Assembly: GCA_021836035.1 (NCBI GenBank)
Contig: JAKBJL010000003.1
Location: 4,135 to 68,134, forward strand
DNA: 64,000 nucleotides
Reading direction: 5' to 3'
Source: a bacterium
GTDB lineage: Bacteria; Patescibacteriota; Microgenomatia; JAMCZE01
Part shown: piece by piece, positions 49,084-59,195 of the stretch
Layout: each line of letters begins with the position of its first letter
Numbering within the stretch: position 1 is the first letter of the stretch
Made by a program: the position numbers and the translations under genes
The notes under the pieces: generated by a model
Told to the model about the DNA's origin: nothing
Databases searched by the model: none
What the model saw: the letters and a program-made list of their open reading frames with translations, nothing else

Positions 49084-49274
49084 ACGTTAATTCTAATATA
49101 TAAAGGCAAGAATTGTAATAAAGTTTTACTGAAATCAGGAGCAAAACAGAGCCCGTGTATCTATTTCTACCGTACTTCGGGAAGCAAGCATATCACAGAC
49201 CAAAAGCCATTGGTTGAAAAACATCTTTCAATCAAATAAATAAATATATTGACATGTTGAAATATGTTGGAATG

Positions 49275-49359
49275 TGCCGAGGCTAGGATTCGAACCTAGG
49301 AAGGCCTTTCGGCCGACAGATTTACAGTCTGTAGCGTTTGTCCACTTCGCTACCTCGGC
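49275..49359 (-). tRNA. tRNA-Tyr(GTA)
   Basis: GCCGAGG/CCTCGGC acceptor; ACAGA-CTGTAAA-TCTGT; long variable arm GGCCGAAAGGCC; TTCGAAT loop. Confidence 0.95.
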
Positions 49360-49437
49360 AAGCAAGCTAAATTATACCTAAAAATTCTCCCTTAATAAAG
49401 AATTATCGAACCATGTCAGTGTAAAAGCACTACGCAG

Positions 49438-50021
49438 TTAGGAAACACCTTCATATTTTAAACAGGCTTGAACAGCAACTTTTGCAAGACCTTCCCATTT
49501 CTGACTTTTCTGACAGAAAATTTTATACATCCGAATATGGCCGGCATTTAAGAAACTCGGAATAAACTTTTTCTGATTGTCAGGAGAAATCCTTTCGAGT
49601 TTAGTTATAGACCAGGCTTCAAATCCTTCACTTTTATCTTCTCCAACTTTTAGATCATTACTATTTCCAGCGTACTTGTAAGCAAAAACCTTACGAATAA
49701 CATGGTTGGTTTTGCCTGTCGTTTGGACAAAATGGTTACTCCTAACAGTCTTAACCACTTTAAGTTCGTTGCAGCTAGCTTTTACGCCTGTTTCTTCAAG
49801 TTTTGAATCTATTTCTACATGTCCGCCAACAATAGCGTCGAGTAGGCCGGGAATGGTGTTTTTATCTTTTGCGCGATACTGAAAATTATTTTCCTATTGG
49901 GAGTATAGAACCAAACACGTATCTCTCGATGGAGCAACCCTTTAGCATGAATGTTCCCTCGCGTATCCTGGCCGGTAACTTTTCCCCGTTCATCAACTAT
50001 GTCCAGCATGCCCATATGCAT
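49438..50021 (-). pseudogene. Decayed NUDIX (IDI-like) hydrolase
   Basis: LDIVDERG..G..TR..IH.KGLLHR, a frameshift, then PGLLDAIVGGHVE; the Nudix box is incomplete. Confidence 0.7.
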
Positions 50022-50059
50022 CCATTCTAATTATAAACAACACAGCTTATAATAAGGCT

Positions 50060-50428
50060 ATGATTCATGGGGCTGGGATAATCGTTGTCGGATATGACGG
50101 GGTCGTCTTAATGCAACACCCGTGTTACCCCGCTGGCTCCGTCGGCGAGAGAGAAGACCATAGGGAGGCCGCCAAATGAGAACTTAAAGAAGAAACCGGC
50201 AACGAACAGAACTTCATGAACTTGCCAACGAAATTTATGTACGAAGCGATGGTCAACGGGTTAATCGCTATATTTACTGGACACTTTACGATGGTAAACG
50301 GGAAGTTCAGTATAGCGAAGGGCAGGAAATGCGTTTTGTAAAAACGGAGGAATTTATCCATAAAAAGTTTTTGCCGGGCCAGGAGAGACTATTCAGGTTA
50401 GCTATTGGAAAAACAACAAAAATATAGA
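50060..50428 (+). pseudogene. Decayed NUDIX hydrolase
   Basis: Manual reading PAGSVGE...EAAK-TGA-ELKEETG, and later EGQEMRFV in another frame. Confidence 0.65.
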
Positions 50429-50502
50429 ATCTGGATGGTGTAAGCAATAGGTTTTATGTGTTCGGCCCCGATTTAATCTCGGACAAATACACTTAATTTT
50501 TT

Positions 50503-50724
50503 ATGGTTATAGCGGAATATATCTTAGAAGAAGGTAAATATCTGGTCAATAGGGAACTGCGAGGCCGGAAGATAAGATGGCTCTTCCGCCCCCGGAAACC
50601 GGAGATCGGAGTCTATTATTCCGTAATTGCCGCGAAGGAAAAAGTTATTGAACTGTTGGAGAAGCCGGAGAATAGAGAGAGTTTTTACCGGATAAGAACG
50701 AGAATAACGGGACCACGGCGTTAA
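50503..50724 (+). CDS. Hypothetical protein
   Basis: 73 aa ORF convergent with, and overlapping the stop of, 50721..52928. Confidence 0.45.
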   Translation: MVIAEYILEEGKYLVNRELRGRKIRWLFRPRKPEIGVYYSVIAAKEKVIELLEKPENRESFYRIRTRITGPRR

Positions 50725-52928
50725 AGTAAATTTTTATTGACCTGGTATATATTAACTGTTCCTGACACAAAAACAGGGTTACCTAAAGAGGCAATTTTTG
50801 CTTCGGAAAGTCCGGGATAAGCTTGCCTCTCAAAATTACTGACGACGAGATATTGAACTTTATAAAGTCGCAGAAGGTTTCTGGCTTCCCGGGAGTCAGG
50901 TTGCTCATAGATTGTTCGGACCTGCGCCGAGCGCTCGTTCACAATTTGCGGACCGCTGTGCCAGCCCCATTCGTGTCCCGCCCAGCCCAAAACCGTGGGT
51001 AAACCGGTGTTGCTGCTTATCAATCCTTTGTCGGTATAACTTTCTCCGACCATTTCCAAAACGACAGGTTGCCCGCTGATATTCTTCTTGAGCCAGAGAA
51101 TTGCCTGGTAATCGTCGGGATAAAGGGCGGCTAGGTATTTAAGGCCGTCCAGCGGTTGTGATTTCGTCCGGTTCGGATAGTAGCCGTTAATAGAAAAGTA
51201 AGGGTAAATAAGGATTAAAAATAATTGAGGGAGCAGTAAAATCCCGAATAGCGGATAAAGCCAGCGCCGCCGGAAGCGGAGCCGGAAGACAATATAAGCC
51301 GCAAAAACGCTAAACATAATAGAAGATTGGTAGCCCAGTTTGAACATGGTATTGGCGCGAAAGTGTAAAGGGTAAATATCTTTAAAATAAAAAAATTCCG
51401 GGAAAATAATGAGGAGCAGAGAAAGAACTGTTCCGCTTAAGACATAAAGATCAGCGATCGAAGATTTGGTTTTTTGGCGCAACATCATGATGGCGAAAAT
51501 AGCCGAGGTAAAAATAGGGAAGCCCCAGACAATTAGAAACATAAAAAGGGGTGTTCTTTGACACTTATCTCCCTCAAGGTATAGCGGGCCGTAGTTGCCT
51601 GACGGTAAACCAAGAATCTGCAAAATTCCCTGGCTGCAATTTACCCCGATGCCGCGGGCAAAGGGATCAAAATTTAAGGAAAAGGGCAGAGCAAGAATCA
51701 ACGCGGGGATTAGCACCAGGAAAGTTGCTCCGGTGGCAAGAGCTAGAGCCATAAGGAAGCGCTGGCCGCGGGTAAGGAGAACACCGAGAAGCAGCAGAAA
51801 TAACAACAGAGAGTAAATGGCTCCGTCCAGAGAATTGCCCATATACATGACCGCGACTAAAACGCTCAGGAATAGGAAGTAAGCGCTGAAAGAACGCAGA
51901 AAATTTTGTAAGGAAGGGACTAGGTTTTTGACGGCAACGGTTGACCCGGCAATTTTCATTATCAATGCAAGTAAAACAGTCAGGGTTAGTAATACCGCCG
52001 GGATATCCAAAAGATGGGCGTGCATATCGGAAACAATGAAAGAATAGGAAGGTATTTCGTGAATAGTATAGGGAATAAAGCGGACGGCGCTCGGATACCA
52101 GTACAAGCCTGGATTGGGTGCACCGAGAAGTTCCCACGGGGGTTTAGGATTGTTATCGCCGACCGCGTAACCTTTGGTAAAGGCGTAAATCGTATGCAGG
52201 TTACCGCCAAGGGTAATTAATATAGCTGCCAACAAGCCCACGATAACCGCTGATATATAAGTTTTATGGCCGGAACCATTAGTCTCCTGCTTATGGAGAG
52301 CAAATAAATTAAACCCTAAAGAAAAGACTCCGGAAAAAGTCAGACCGAAAACAGTCGCGATCATCAGGTTGTAAGTGTTCTCGGGAGCTAAACCGGTCAT
52401 TTTGGTCAAAAGCGCCGCTACAAAGTGGCCGAAATAATAATAGTTAATCGATTTTCCGGCCAGCCAGGGGTCGGCGGGCGGGAAGTAGCTACTGCGTAAA
52501 AGCGAGTTGAGGAAGGCAAAATCCATAAATTTTTCCAAACCGTGGATATCCGGATTCCAGGAGCGGACAAATGCCCAAAGAGTAAGGCCGCCCAAAAATA
52601 ATATTTCCTCTAAAAAAATAATTTTTAGGTGGCTTTTTAAACTCCGCTCTGAACGGAAAAATTTAAAAGTTAAAGCCATACTGGCTAAAGTAGCGATTAG
52701 AAAAATTGACCAGGATCCTCTCTGCGAAAACGGTAAAAGATGCAGCGAAGCCAATTCCCAAACCGGAAGAGCGACAAGAAGCAGCCCTGCCACTTTTATT
52801 AAAGCGTATCCCTCGTCGGGAAGATTACGAAATAGTTTCCGGACGAGAAAAATTCCCGGTAGATTAAAGCAGAACATAAGCCCCCACCAGAAGAGAATCA
52901 TTAATAAATTATTATCCGGCATATTCAT
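50721..52928 (-). CDS. DUF2298/YYY-motif polytopic membrane protein (putative GT-C-fold glycosyltransferase)
   Basis: EKFMDFAFLNS, DPWLAG..INYYYFGH, IHEIPSYSF..SDMHAH, RANTMFK, GLPTVLGW.GHE. Confidence 0.85.
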   Translation of the reverse strand: MNMPDNNLLMILFWWGLMFCFNLPGIFLVRKLFRNLPDEGYALIKVAGLLLVALPVWELASLHLLPFSQRGSWSIFLIATLASMALTFKFFRSERSLKSHLKIIFLEEILFLGGLTLWAFVRSWNPDIHGLEKFMDFAFLNSLLRSSYFPPADPWLAGKSINYYYFGHFVAALLTKMTGLAPENTYNLMIATVFGLTFSGVFSLGFNLFALHKQETNGSGHKTYISAVIVGLLAAILITLGGNLHTIYAFTKGYAVGDNNPKPPWELLGAPNPGLYWYPSAVRFIPYTIHEIPSYSFIVSDMHAHLLDIPAVLLTLTVLLALIMKIAGSTVAVKNLVPSLQNFLRSFSAYFLFLSVLVAVMYMGNSLDGAIYSLLLFLLLLGVLLTRGQRFLMALALATGATFLVLIPALILALPFSLNFDPFARGIGVNCSQGILQILGLPSGNYGPLYLEGDKCQRTPLFMFLIVWGFPIFTSAIFAIMMLRQKTKSSIADLYVLSGTVLSLLLIIFPEFFYFKDIYPLHFRANTMFKLGYQSSIMFSVFAAYIVFRLRFRRRWLYPLFGILLLPQLFLILIYPYFSINGYYPNRTKSQPLDGLKYLAALYPDDYQAILWLKKNISGQPVVLEMVGESYTDKGLISSNTGLPTVLGWAGHEWGWHSGPQIVNERSAQVRTIYEQPDSREARNLLRLYKVQYLVVSNFERQAYPGLSEAKIASLGNPVFVSGTVNIYQVNKNLL

Positions 52929-52998
52929 ATTTTACTGAACAATACTCACTAAAGCGAGATGTTGCCAAAACCGAATAGGTAACCTTATAATCCTGATT

Positions 52999-53517
52999 AT
53001 GATTCAGGCCGAAAAGGTTAATTGCAGGCGCTGTCGCGATAGTTCCCATCCTAATTTCGGTATCCGCGGACGGGGAGAAATTAAAATAATGACTGTTTTG
53101 GAGAGATCGGATTATCGTGCTTTACAAAGCAATTACGAAAAAGAGCTGTTTAAAAGCGGTACCGGGAGAACCCTGAAAAAAATTTTAGATGGTTATTTAG
53201 ATAATACGCTTATTACCAATACCCATAAATGTTTATTAAAAGAAGGTCGTCGGGTTCCTAAAGCTTCCGAATTTGTTAATTGTCTGCCGCATTTAAGAGA
53301 ACAAGCCGCCAGATATAGACCGCGGTTAGTTTTATGCCTGGGGGCGCAAGCTGCCAGAGCTTTTTACCCGGAGCAACCGTTTGTTAAAGTAGTCAATAAA
53401 ATAAGTAATATTGAGCGTGGGCAGATTCTTGTATTGCATCATCCCCGGCGGATGGAAGTTTGGGAAAAGAAACGAGCCAGGAGGGTAGTCATAAAAACAA
53501 TGCGACAAAGCGGGTAG
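52999..53517 (+). CDS. Uracil-DNA glycosylase-like protein (family 4/5-like)
   Basis: CRRC, TGRTL, ITNTHKC, CLPHL..Q, PRLVLCLGAQA, LHHP; TTGCCA-18-TATAAT upstream. Confidence 0.7.
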   Translation: MIQAEKVNCRRCRDSSHPNFGIRGRGEIKIMTVLERSDYRALQSNYEKELFKSGTGRTLKKILDGYLDNTLITNTHKCLLKEGRRVPKASEFVNCLPHLREQAARYRPRLVLCLGAQAARAFYPEQPFVKVVNKISNIERGQILVLHHPRRMEVWEKKRARRVVIKTMRQSG

Positions 53518-53531
53518 TATAATTAATTATT

Positions 53532-53602
53532 GCCTCCCTAGCTCAATGGCAGAGCGACGGTTTTGTAAACCGCTGACAACAGTCCGACTCTGTTGGGAGG
53601 CT
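53532..53602 (+). tRNA. tRNA-Thr(TGT)
   Basis: GCCTCCC/GGGAGGC acceptor; GCTCAATGGCAGAGC; ACGGT-TTTGTAA-ACCGC; AACAG-TCCGACT-CTGTT. Confidence 0.9.
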
Positions 53603-53904
53603 CAATATGAATAAGCTTAATACTCTCGCTATGAATTTTTGCTTCCAAAGGGGAAGAACGGCGAAAGATGTTCTCTATGCAACTGGCACCAGAAACACCT
53701 AATTACCGTAAAAGTACCCTTAGAGATCGATCATATTGCCACCCGCTGGGTCCAAATTTTAGAAATCTTAACAGAGGAAAAGGCAGAGAATGGAGGATGA
53801 AAAGTTACTTGAAAAACAATCTATTACTAAAAGTTTCTGATCCTGACCGTCGGCTCTCATATTTTTCTAACCCCTAGCCGCTAACTCCTAAAATCTAAAA
53901 ATTA

Positions 53905-54060
53905 AGGTTCCCTAGAGTCGTAAGAAGAGAAGGTGTTCCCCGGAAAATTTTAAGGTGGCGGCCTGTCCTGCCAACCTAAGTGGGCAGAAACTGCGGCCTC
54001 CGTTTCCGAAAGAACGTTGACCAGGAAAAATTCCTTCCCCCAACGTTTTCTAGAGAACCT
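53905..54060. mobile_element. Intergenic MITE-like element
   Basis: Terminal inverted repeat aggttccctaga / tctagagaacct (11 of 12 match); 156 bp; internal hairpin ctgcc...ggcag. Confidence 0.5.
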
Positions 54061-54124
54061 CTACAATTATTATAGCAAGAGAAGTCAATGGAAAAAATAG
54101 TAGGGCAGTAAGGCAGTTGAGCAG

Positions 54125-54748
54125 TCAGGGAAGGAGGAATTGGAGGAAGGTGTGGATAATTGGGTTGACAACGGCATAAATGATATTGGGGAAAAGGAAA
54201 AGGACAGCAATAATAATGAGCATGCCGAAACGCTCTAGTTCGTACCAGCTCCGGGCATATTCGTCGGGGAGGAGGCCGCCGACTACTTTAAAACCGTCAA
54301 GGGGGGGTATTGGCAAAAGGTTAAATATCGCGAGGATGATATTAATTTCCACACCGTAAGCAGCCAAGCTCTGGGCTGCGGAAAGCAAGCTTTCATTTAA
54401 AATAAATATCAGACTTAGCCGCAGGACGATTCCAAAGATAAGCGCAATTATAATGTTCGTTATCGGTCCGGCAGCCGCGGTTAGCGCGATATCCCGTTTT
54501 GCGTCCTGAAAATAAAGGGGGTTAATCGGTACCGGTTTGGCAGCGCCGAAAACTACTGGGCTGCCGGAGATAATTAAAAGCAGCGGTAGGGCAATGGTCA
54601 TTAGCGGATCAATGTGCGGTATCGGATTAAGGGTCAAACGATGGGCGTTGCGGGCAGTCGGGTCCCCCAGCCGCTCTGCCAGCCAGCCGTGGGAGATCTC
54701 ATGCAGAATGACGGAATAAATGAGAATTGCGAATTGGGCTATAAACAT
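54125..54748 (-). CDS. Site-2 protease family (M50) membrane metalloprotease
   Basis: LHEISHG, LTLNP..HID, AGP..N, FNLLPIPPLDG. Confidence 0.93.
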   Translation of the reverse strand: MFIAQFAILIYSVILHEISHGWLAERLGDPTARNAHRLTLNPIPHIDPLMTIALPLLLIISGSPVVFGAAKPVPINPLYFQDAKRDIALTAAAGPITNIIIALIFGIVLRLSLIFILNESLLSAAQSLAAYGVEINIILAIFNLLPIPPLDGFKVVGGLLPDEYARSWYELERFGMLIIIAVLFLFPNIIYAVVNPIIHTFLQFLLP

Positions 54749-54925
54749 GCTAAAATTATAATCGGCTCGCAGAAAACCCCTGGCTTTAGCCAGGTGATTT
54801 AATGCGAACTGATTAAGACCTTGATATTATAGTACGTATTTTAACAGGTTTGGCCGGGGTTTTCGTGAGCCTTATTAAACCTGTTTTAGAAAGGCTCTGG
54901 CCTTAAGGCCAGAGAGATTTATACC

Positions 54926-55159
54926 ATGACTAAATGTGAAATCTGCGGAAAAGGTGTTCAATATGGCCATAATATCCGCCATATCCACTCCGGTCTTTGG
55001 GAGAAACGGGCGACGAAGAAACAAAGGATTTACAAACCGAATCTTCATGAGGGGAAGGTTAAAATCAACGGCGTGGTGAAAAGAGTTAAAGCCTGCGCTT
55101 CCTGCCTGGCCAAATACCGCGTCAAATATACTCCGAAAATTTCTCCCGTTACGGCTTAA
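54926..55159 (+). CDS. rpmB: 50S ribosomal protein L28
   Basis: CEICGKG..YGHN...KPNL...VKACASCL. Confidence 0.93.
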   Translation: MTKCEICGKGVQYGHNIRHIHSGLWEKRATKKQRIYKPNLHEGKVKINGVVKRVKACASCLAKYRVKYTPKISPVTA

Positions 55160-55183
55160 AAGATCCTTAATCATTTAAATAAT

Positions 55184-55873
55184 TCACAATGAGTTTGAGC
55201 TGGCGACGAGTTGTGAAATGGGTTTAGCGGTAATAATTAGTATCTTGCTTGTGGCCTCCGGCGGCCAACAGGTTTGAAGCACTAAAGTTTCTTCCGTGGG
55301 TTTGGAGAGCAGAACAGTCGGATCTTTGGAGGAATATAGCTCTATATCAGTAATGCGGTAGTTAAAAGATTTTCCCCGATAACCAAGATTGATAATGTCA
55401 TGGACCGAAAGCTCCGCGAGGGCGGAAAAAATCGGACGTACGGATCTACCGTCCCTCGAACGATTACCCGAATGCGCGAAAAGGTAAATTAGGGAATTCT
55501 CACCGGGAAGTTTGCTATTGCTTGCCTGAGCTACATTATTAGCAATTACTGGTAAATAGGCACTCTTATTAAAAGGATCCACTCCGGCAATAATTTTTTC
55601 GGCCAAATTTATTTTGGGAATATTGATGGTAAATTCAGCGGATGGCGCCGCTGCGGGAAGTGCAGGAACCGGGACAGCGGGGGAAGGAGCGGGTATTGTT
55701 GCGGATTTACTTGCCGGCTGCGCAGCCTCCGGCTGACTTGATTTACTTTCTTTGATTTGCTCGGCCCAGACAAAAATATGGTCCGCGAAACTGTTGGTGA
55801 TCCCAATAACCACATAGAGGATTAAAACATAGAGGGACAGGGCAATGAGAGAGTGGCTCCTGCCTTTAGCCAT
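55184..55873 (-). CDS. Sortase-family protein
   Basis: N-terminal TM, INIPKINL, YLFAHS, LVLQTCWPP. Confidence 0.85.
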   Translation of the reverse strand: MAKGRSHSLIALSLYVLILYVVIGITNSFADHIFVWAEQIKESKSSQPEAAQPASKSATIPAPSPAVPVPALPAAAPSAEFTINIPKINLAEKIIAGVDPFNKSAYLPVIANNVAQASNSKLPGENSLIYLFAHSGNRSRDGRSVRPIFSALAELSVHDIINLGYRGKSFNYRITDIELYSSKDPTVLLSKPTEETLVLQTCWPPEATSKILIITAKPISQLVASSNSL

Positions 55874-55898
55874 ATTAGCGGCATTTTACCTCAGGGGT

Positions 55899-56903
55899 TT
55901 AGAAATTCAAGATGGAAGATGGAGACGGCTTTTTTCCTTCATATTGAATAAGTTCGGGTATCAACTTACTGTTTTCCATGCGGCATTTAAGGATTTTCAA
56001 TCGTTTTCCGCTGGGATGAATAGACCATAAGCCGGGCCAAGGGGTCATGGCTTTATAAAACGAGTAAAGTAATTGCGAATTATCCAACCCCTCGACTAAT
56101 GCTCGGGATTGTCCCGAGCGAAGTCGAACGGACAATTTCCCAATTGCTGTTTGCGGATTTTTCATTTTGAGGGCTTCCTGTTGAATGGGAGGTAGTTCAC
56201 TCTCCTCGAGCCGCTCGCCTCGTACGGCTTTTTCCAGGGTTTGCCATTCGGTGAACCCGTCCTGTTTAGTGAGCAGCCTGGTATAGGTTGCTTGGCTATT
56301 ATCCTGCGGTATCAACCTATTATTAGTTGCTGTTTCCTGCCCATACTTACTAATAAGTAGTGGTAATTCCCTGGCTACTTCCTGAAATAGTCTAATGTAA
56401 AGGGTTTCCGTCGTATCCTCCGGTTCCACCGGATATTCTTTTTGCCAAAAAATGGGTCCGGTATCCAGAGCTTTTTCCAGTTTAAATACTGTAACCCAGG
56501 CAGTATTGTCACCACGTAAGAGCGTAAATTGGACCGGGCTAGCACCGCGCAAGTCGGGAAGTTTGCTGAAGTGAATATTAAACATTCCCATTTTGGGTAC
56601 GGAAATAAGATCTTCGGGAATGATTAGGCCATAGTCGGCGACAACAACGAGGTCGGGAGGATTTCGTAACAGTAAGTTTACTAGGTTGGCATGATCGTGA
56701 GAGGCTTTTTTTAAAGTGGCGGGAGTGGCAATGGAAATGTTATGTTCCAGAGCCCATTGTTTGACGGGGGAAGGGGCGAGAATTTTTTTCCGTCCGAAGG
56801 GTTTGTCGGGCTGGGTAATAATAAGTTCTAGGGAAAAATGGGCATGCAAACTTTCCAGTATCGGCAGGCAATACTTAGATGTGCCAAAAAAAACGGTTTT
56901 CAT
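55899..56903 (-). CDS. fmt: Methionyl-tRNA formyltransferase
   Basis: VFFGTS, TQPDKPFGR, VADYG, NIHFSKLPDLRGASP, LDTG, PWPG. Confidence 0.93.
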   Translation of the reverse strand: MKTVFFGTSKYCLPILESLHAHFSLELIITQPDKPFGRKKILAPSPVKQWALEHNISIATPATLKKASHDHANLVNLLLRNPPDLVVVADYGLIIPEDLISVPKMGMFNIHFSKLPDLRGASPVQFTLLRGDNTAWVTVFKLEKALDTGPIFWQKEYPVEPEDTTETLYIRLFQEVARELPLLISKYGQETATNNRLIPQDNSQATYTRLLTKQDGFTEWQTLEKAVRGERLEESELPPIQQEALKMKNPQTAIGKLSVRLRSGQSRALVEGLDNSQLLYSFYKAMTPWPGLWSIHPSGKRLKILKCRMENSKLIPELIQYEGKKPSPSSILNF

Positions 56904-57157
56904 TAATGGATGTTTGGTTTCCGCCAATGCTGATAACGGGCTTCATCGATCATCGCGTCAATTAAACCACAATTTTCGGGACCACAACATTCAACCTCCT
57001 GACAGCATTCACCTTTAAGTAGTTGAATTCGGCAAAGGCTTTTTTGGGCGCTGTTTTTATCTTCCTGTCCGATTAAAAAGCTCAGGATTTCATTTGAATC
57101 CAGAGGTTGACCTTTGATCTCCGGGCTACTTTCATGAACAAATCGTAATTCTTCCAA
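56903..57157 (-). CDS. Small Cys-containing hypothetical protein
   Basis: 84 aa; stop overlaps the fmt start (TAATG); TTG start uncertain. Confidence 0.5.
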   Translation of the reverse strand: MEELRFVHESSPEIKGQPLDSNEILSFLIGQEDKNSAQKSLCRIQLLKGECCQEVECCGPENCGLIDAMIDEARYQHWRKPNIH

Positions 57158-57290
57158 GATATTTCACCCCCTTGTTTAGCCTGTAATCACAAGCTGGGCA
57201 GATACTGTACTTAATTTTAATATAGGCTATAGCTGTTTGTAAAGTTAAATGCCGGCTCGTCCGGGACAGGTAATGATCGGAAAGATAAAT

Positions 57291-58214
57291 TTATCCGGCC
57301 AGATTTTCTTTTTGACCCAAGCGGCCGAGGAAAAAATCTTTGATACCCTCCCGTTGGTATTCCCTTCCGCTGAAAAATAGTCTCACTGCCTCGCGGAGAA
57401 GAGCAAACCTGCTGCGAAGCGATGCATAGCGGAATCCGAAAAGCAACCGGTTCCTCGTGGTATAGTAATCATTTAGCGGACCGCCGATAGCATTCCCGGA
57501 GGTTTGGGATACTTTGTGAGCAATTTTGGCCTTGGGAACGAATAGGAGTTTGAAACCGGCTTTTCTGGCTCTTTGGGAAATTTCCACGTCTTCCAAATAG
57601 AGGTGGTAATTCTCATTAAATAGTCCGATACGGCGGAAAACGGCGCTTTTAAAGACCATAAAAGCACCGGTAATAAAATCCGTTTCGGTTGTTGCAGAAA
57701 ACTGCTCGCGATTAACTTCGTCTACGCCGCGGTGCGAGGGATAAACGTTCGCCCAATCTATTTTCCCTCCGGCATACCAGATAACTTTTCCCAAATCCTG
57801 TTTCTGATATTCCCTTTCGCGGTATTCGAAACCTTTGGCAAAATAAATGAGCGGTGCGGCGATGCCCCATTTGCCGTTTTTCGCCAGCTCTTTAATTAGA
57901 ACCTCTAAACAATTTATTTGTTCAATTAGAATATCATTGTTTGTCAGAACAATATAATCATAATCGTTTACCAAAGCATATTTAATGCCAGCGTTATAAC
58001 CACCGGCGACTCCGAGGTTTTTGGGTTGGGGGAGAACTTTTACCCCCGGTTGAGCAGAAGAAATTATCTCTACGGAATTATCCGTAGAAGCGTTATCGAC
58101 AACGATGACGGATACGGACCAACCCTGCGGCAAAACCTGTTTTTCCAGGTCCCTAATCAGCGAAAGGGTATCGGCGGGAAGATTAAAATTTAAGATGACC
58201 ACGGCAATTTTCAT
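57291..58214 (-). CDS. Glycosyltransferase family 2
   Basis: VVDNASTD, NLGVAGGYNAGI, NND, ITGA, YLEDVE. Confidence 0.92.
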   Translation of the reverse strand: MKIAVVILNFNLPADTLSLIRDLEKQVLPQGWSVSVIVVDNASTDNSVEIISSAQPGVKVLPQPKNLGVAGGYNAGIKYALVNDYDYIVLTNNDILIEQINCLEVLIKELAKNGKWGIAAPLIYFAKGFEYREREYQKQDLGKVIWYAGGKIDWANVYPSHRGVDEVNREQFSATTETDFITGAFMVFKSAVFRRIGLFNENYHLYLEDVEISQRARKAGFKLLFVPKAKIAHKVSQTSGNAIGGPLNDYYTTRNRLLFGFRYASLRSRFALLREAVRLFFSGREYQREGIKDFFLGRLGQKENLAG

Positions 58215-59149
58215 AGATCGTTAGCGACAGCTTTTACCTTGAAGAGGTGCTGCTTCTTCAAGGTAAAAATATTTTGTAAAGCCAAAATATACGTCCGGAC
58301 CATTTCGCGATTATTTGTCAAGGCATAACGGATAATACGCAAAAAACAAGCCAGGGTAATCAGTGCCAAAAGTACAGGCCGCTGCCAGGAGGGTTTATGT
58401 TTGCGATAGAAAGCCAGCCAGCTTTCATACTCCTTAATAATGCCGAATCGCCGCGAGCGAGAACTGGCGAACCCCAGGTGGGTAATATGGATTTCCGGAT
58501 CCAGATAAATTTTATATCCCGCCAGTTTTATGCGGTAACACCATTCCAATTCTTCACCGTACATGAAAATCTTCTCGTCAAACCCCCCGGTGCGGGTAAA
58601 TACCTTCTGGGGAAGCATTAAAAAAGCTCCGGCAACCCACCCTAATTGCCGGACGATGGTAAAATAGCCCGGCCAGCGGATGTGGATCGAGGGCAGAAAA
58701 CGGCGCAGGAAAGGGAGATTATCCAGAAAGGTAGCAATTAAAAAGACCTGATAAAGGTGGGGATGGAAACCGCCGGAAGGCTGAATTGTCCCGTCGCTGT
58801 TACGCAGTTGGGGAGCTACTACTCCGGCATCCGGGTGATTCCCGAGAAATTTTCTCAAAGCCTCAATACTCCCCGGTTCGACAAAAGCGTCAGTGTTAAC
58901 CAAAAGGAGATAGTCACCCCGGGCGATTTTCATAGCCTGGTTGTTCGCCGTGCTGAAACCCAGGTTTTCTTTATTGGTAATCAGTTTGACTTGGGGGAAT
59001 CCTTTTTTCACTAAACCGCTTATATCTTCCGTTGAAGCGTTGTCCACGAGGATTATCTCCGTTTCCGGCGGAGCATTTTTAACGGCCGCGGTAAGGCATT
59101 TTTGGACCAGATCCAGGCGGTTATAGGAAACGATAATTATTGAGACCAT
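58211..59149 (-). CDS. Glycosyltransferase family 2
   Basis: VSIIIVSYN, LVDNAS, NLGFSTANN, VNTD, GGFDE..FMYGEE; start at MVSII. Confidence 0.92.
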   Translation of the reverse strand: MVSIIIVSYNRLDLVQKCLTAAVKNAPPETEIILVDNASTEDISGLVKKGFPQVKLITNKENLGFSTANNQAMKIARGDYLLLVNTDAFVEPGSIEALRKFLGNHPDAGVVAPQLRNSDGTIQPSGGFHPHLYQVFLIATFLDNLPFLRRFLPSIHIRWPGYFTIVRQLGWVAGAFLMLPQKVFTRTGGFDEKIFMYGEELEWCYRIKLAGYKIYLDPEIHITHLGFASSRSRRFGIIKEYESWLAFYRKHKPSWQRPVLLALITLACFLRIIRYALTNNREMVRTYILALQNIFTLKKQHLFKVKAVANDL

Positions 59150-59195
59150 ATCCTTCGACTGCGCCCCGCTATGCGGGGCTTCGCTCAGGGCTGAG

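Noticed and set aside
53668-53877. 69 aa ORF after tRNA-Thr(TGT)
   Set aside because: No recognisable motif or translation signal, and it ends within a repeat scar.
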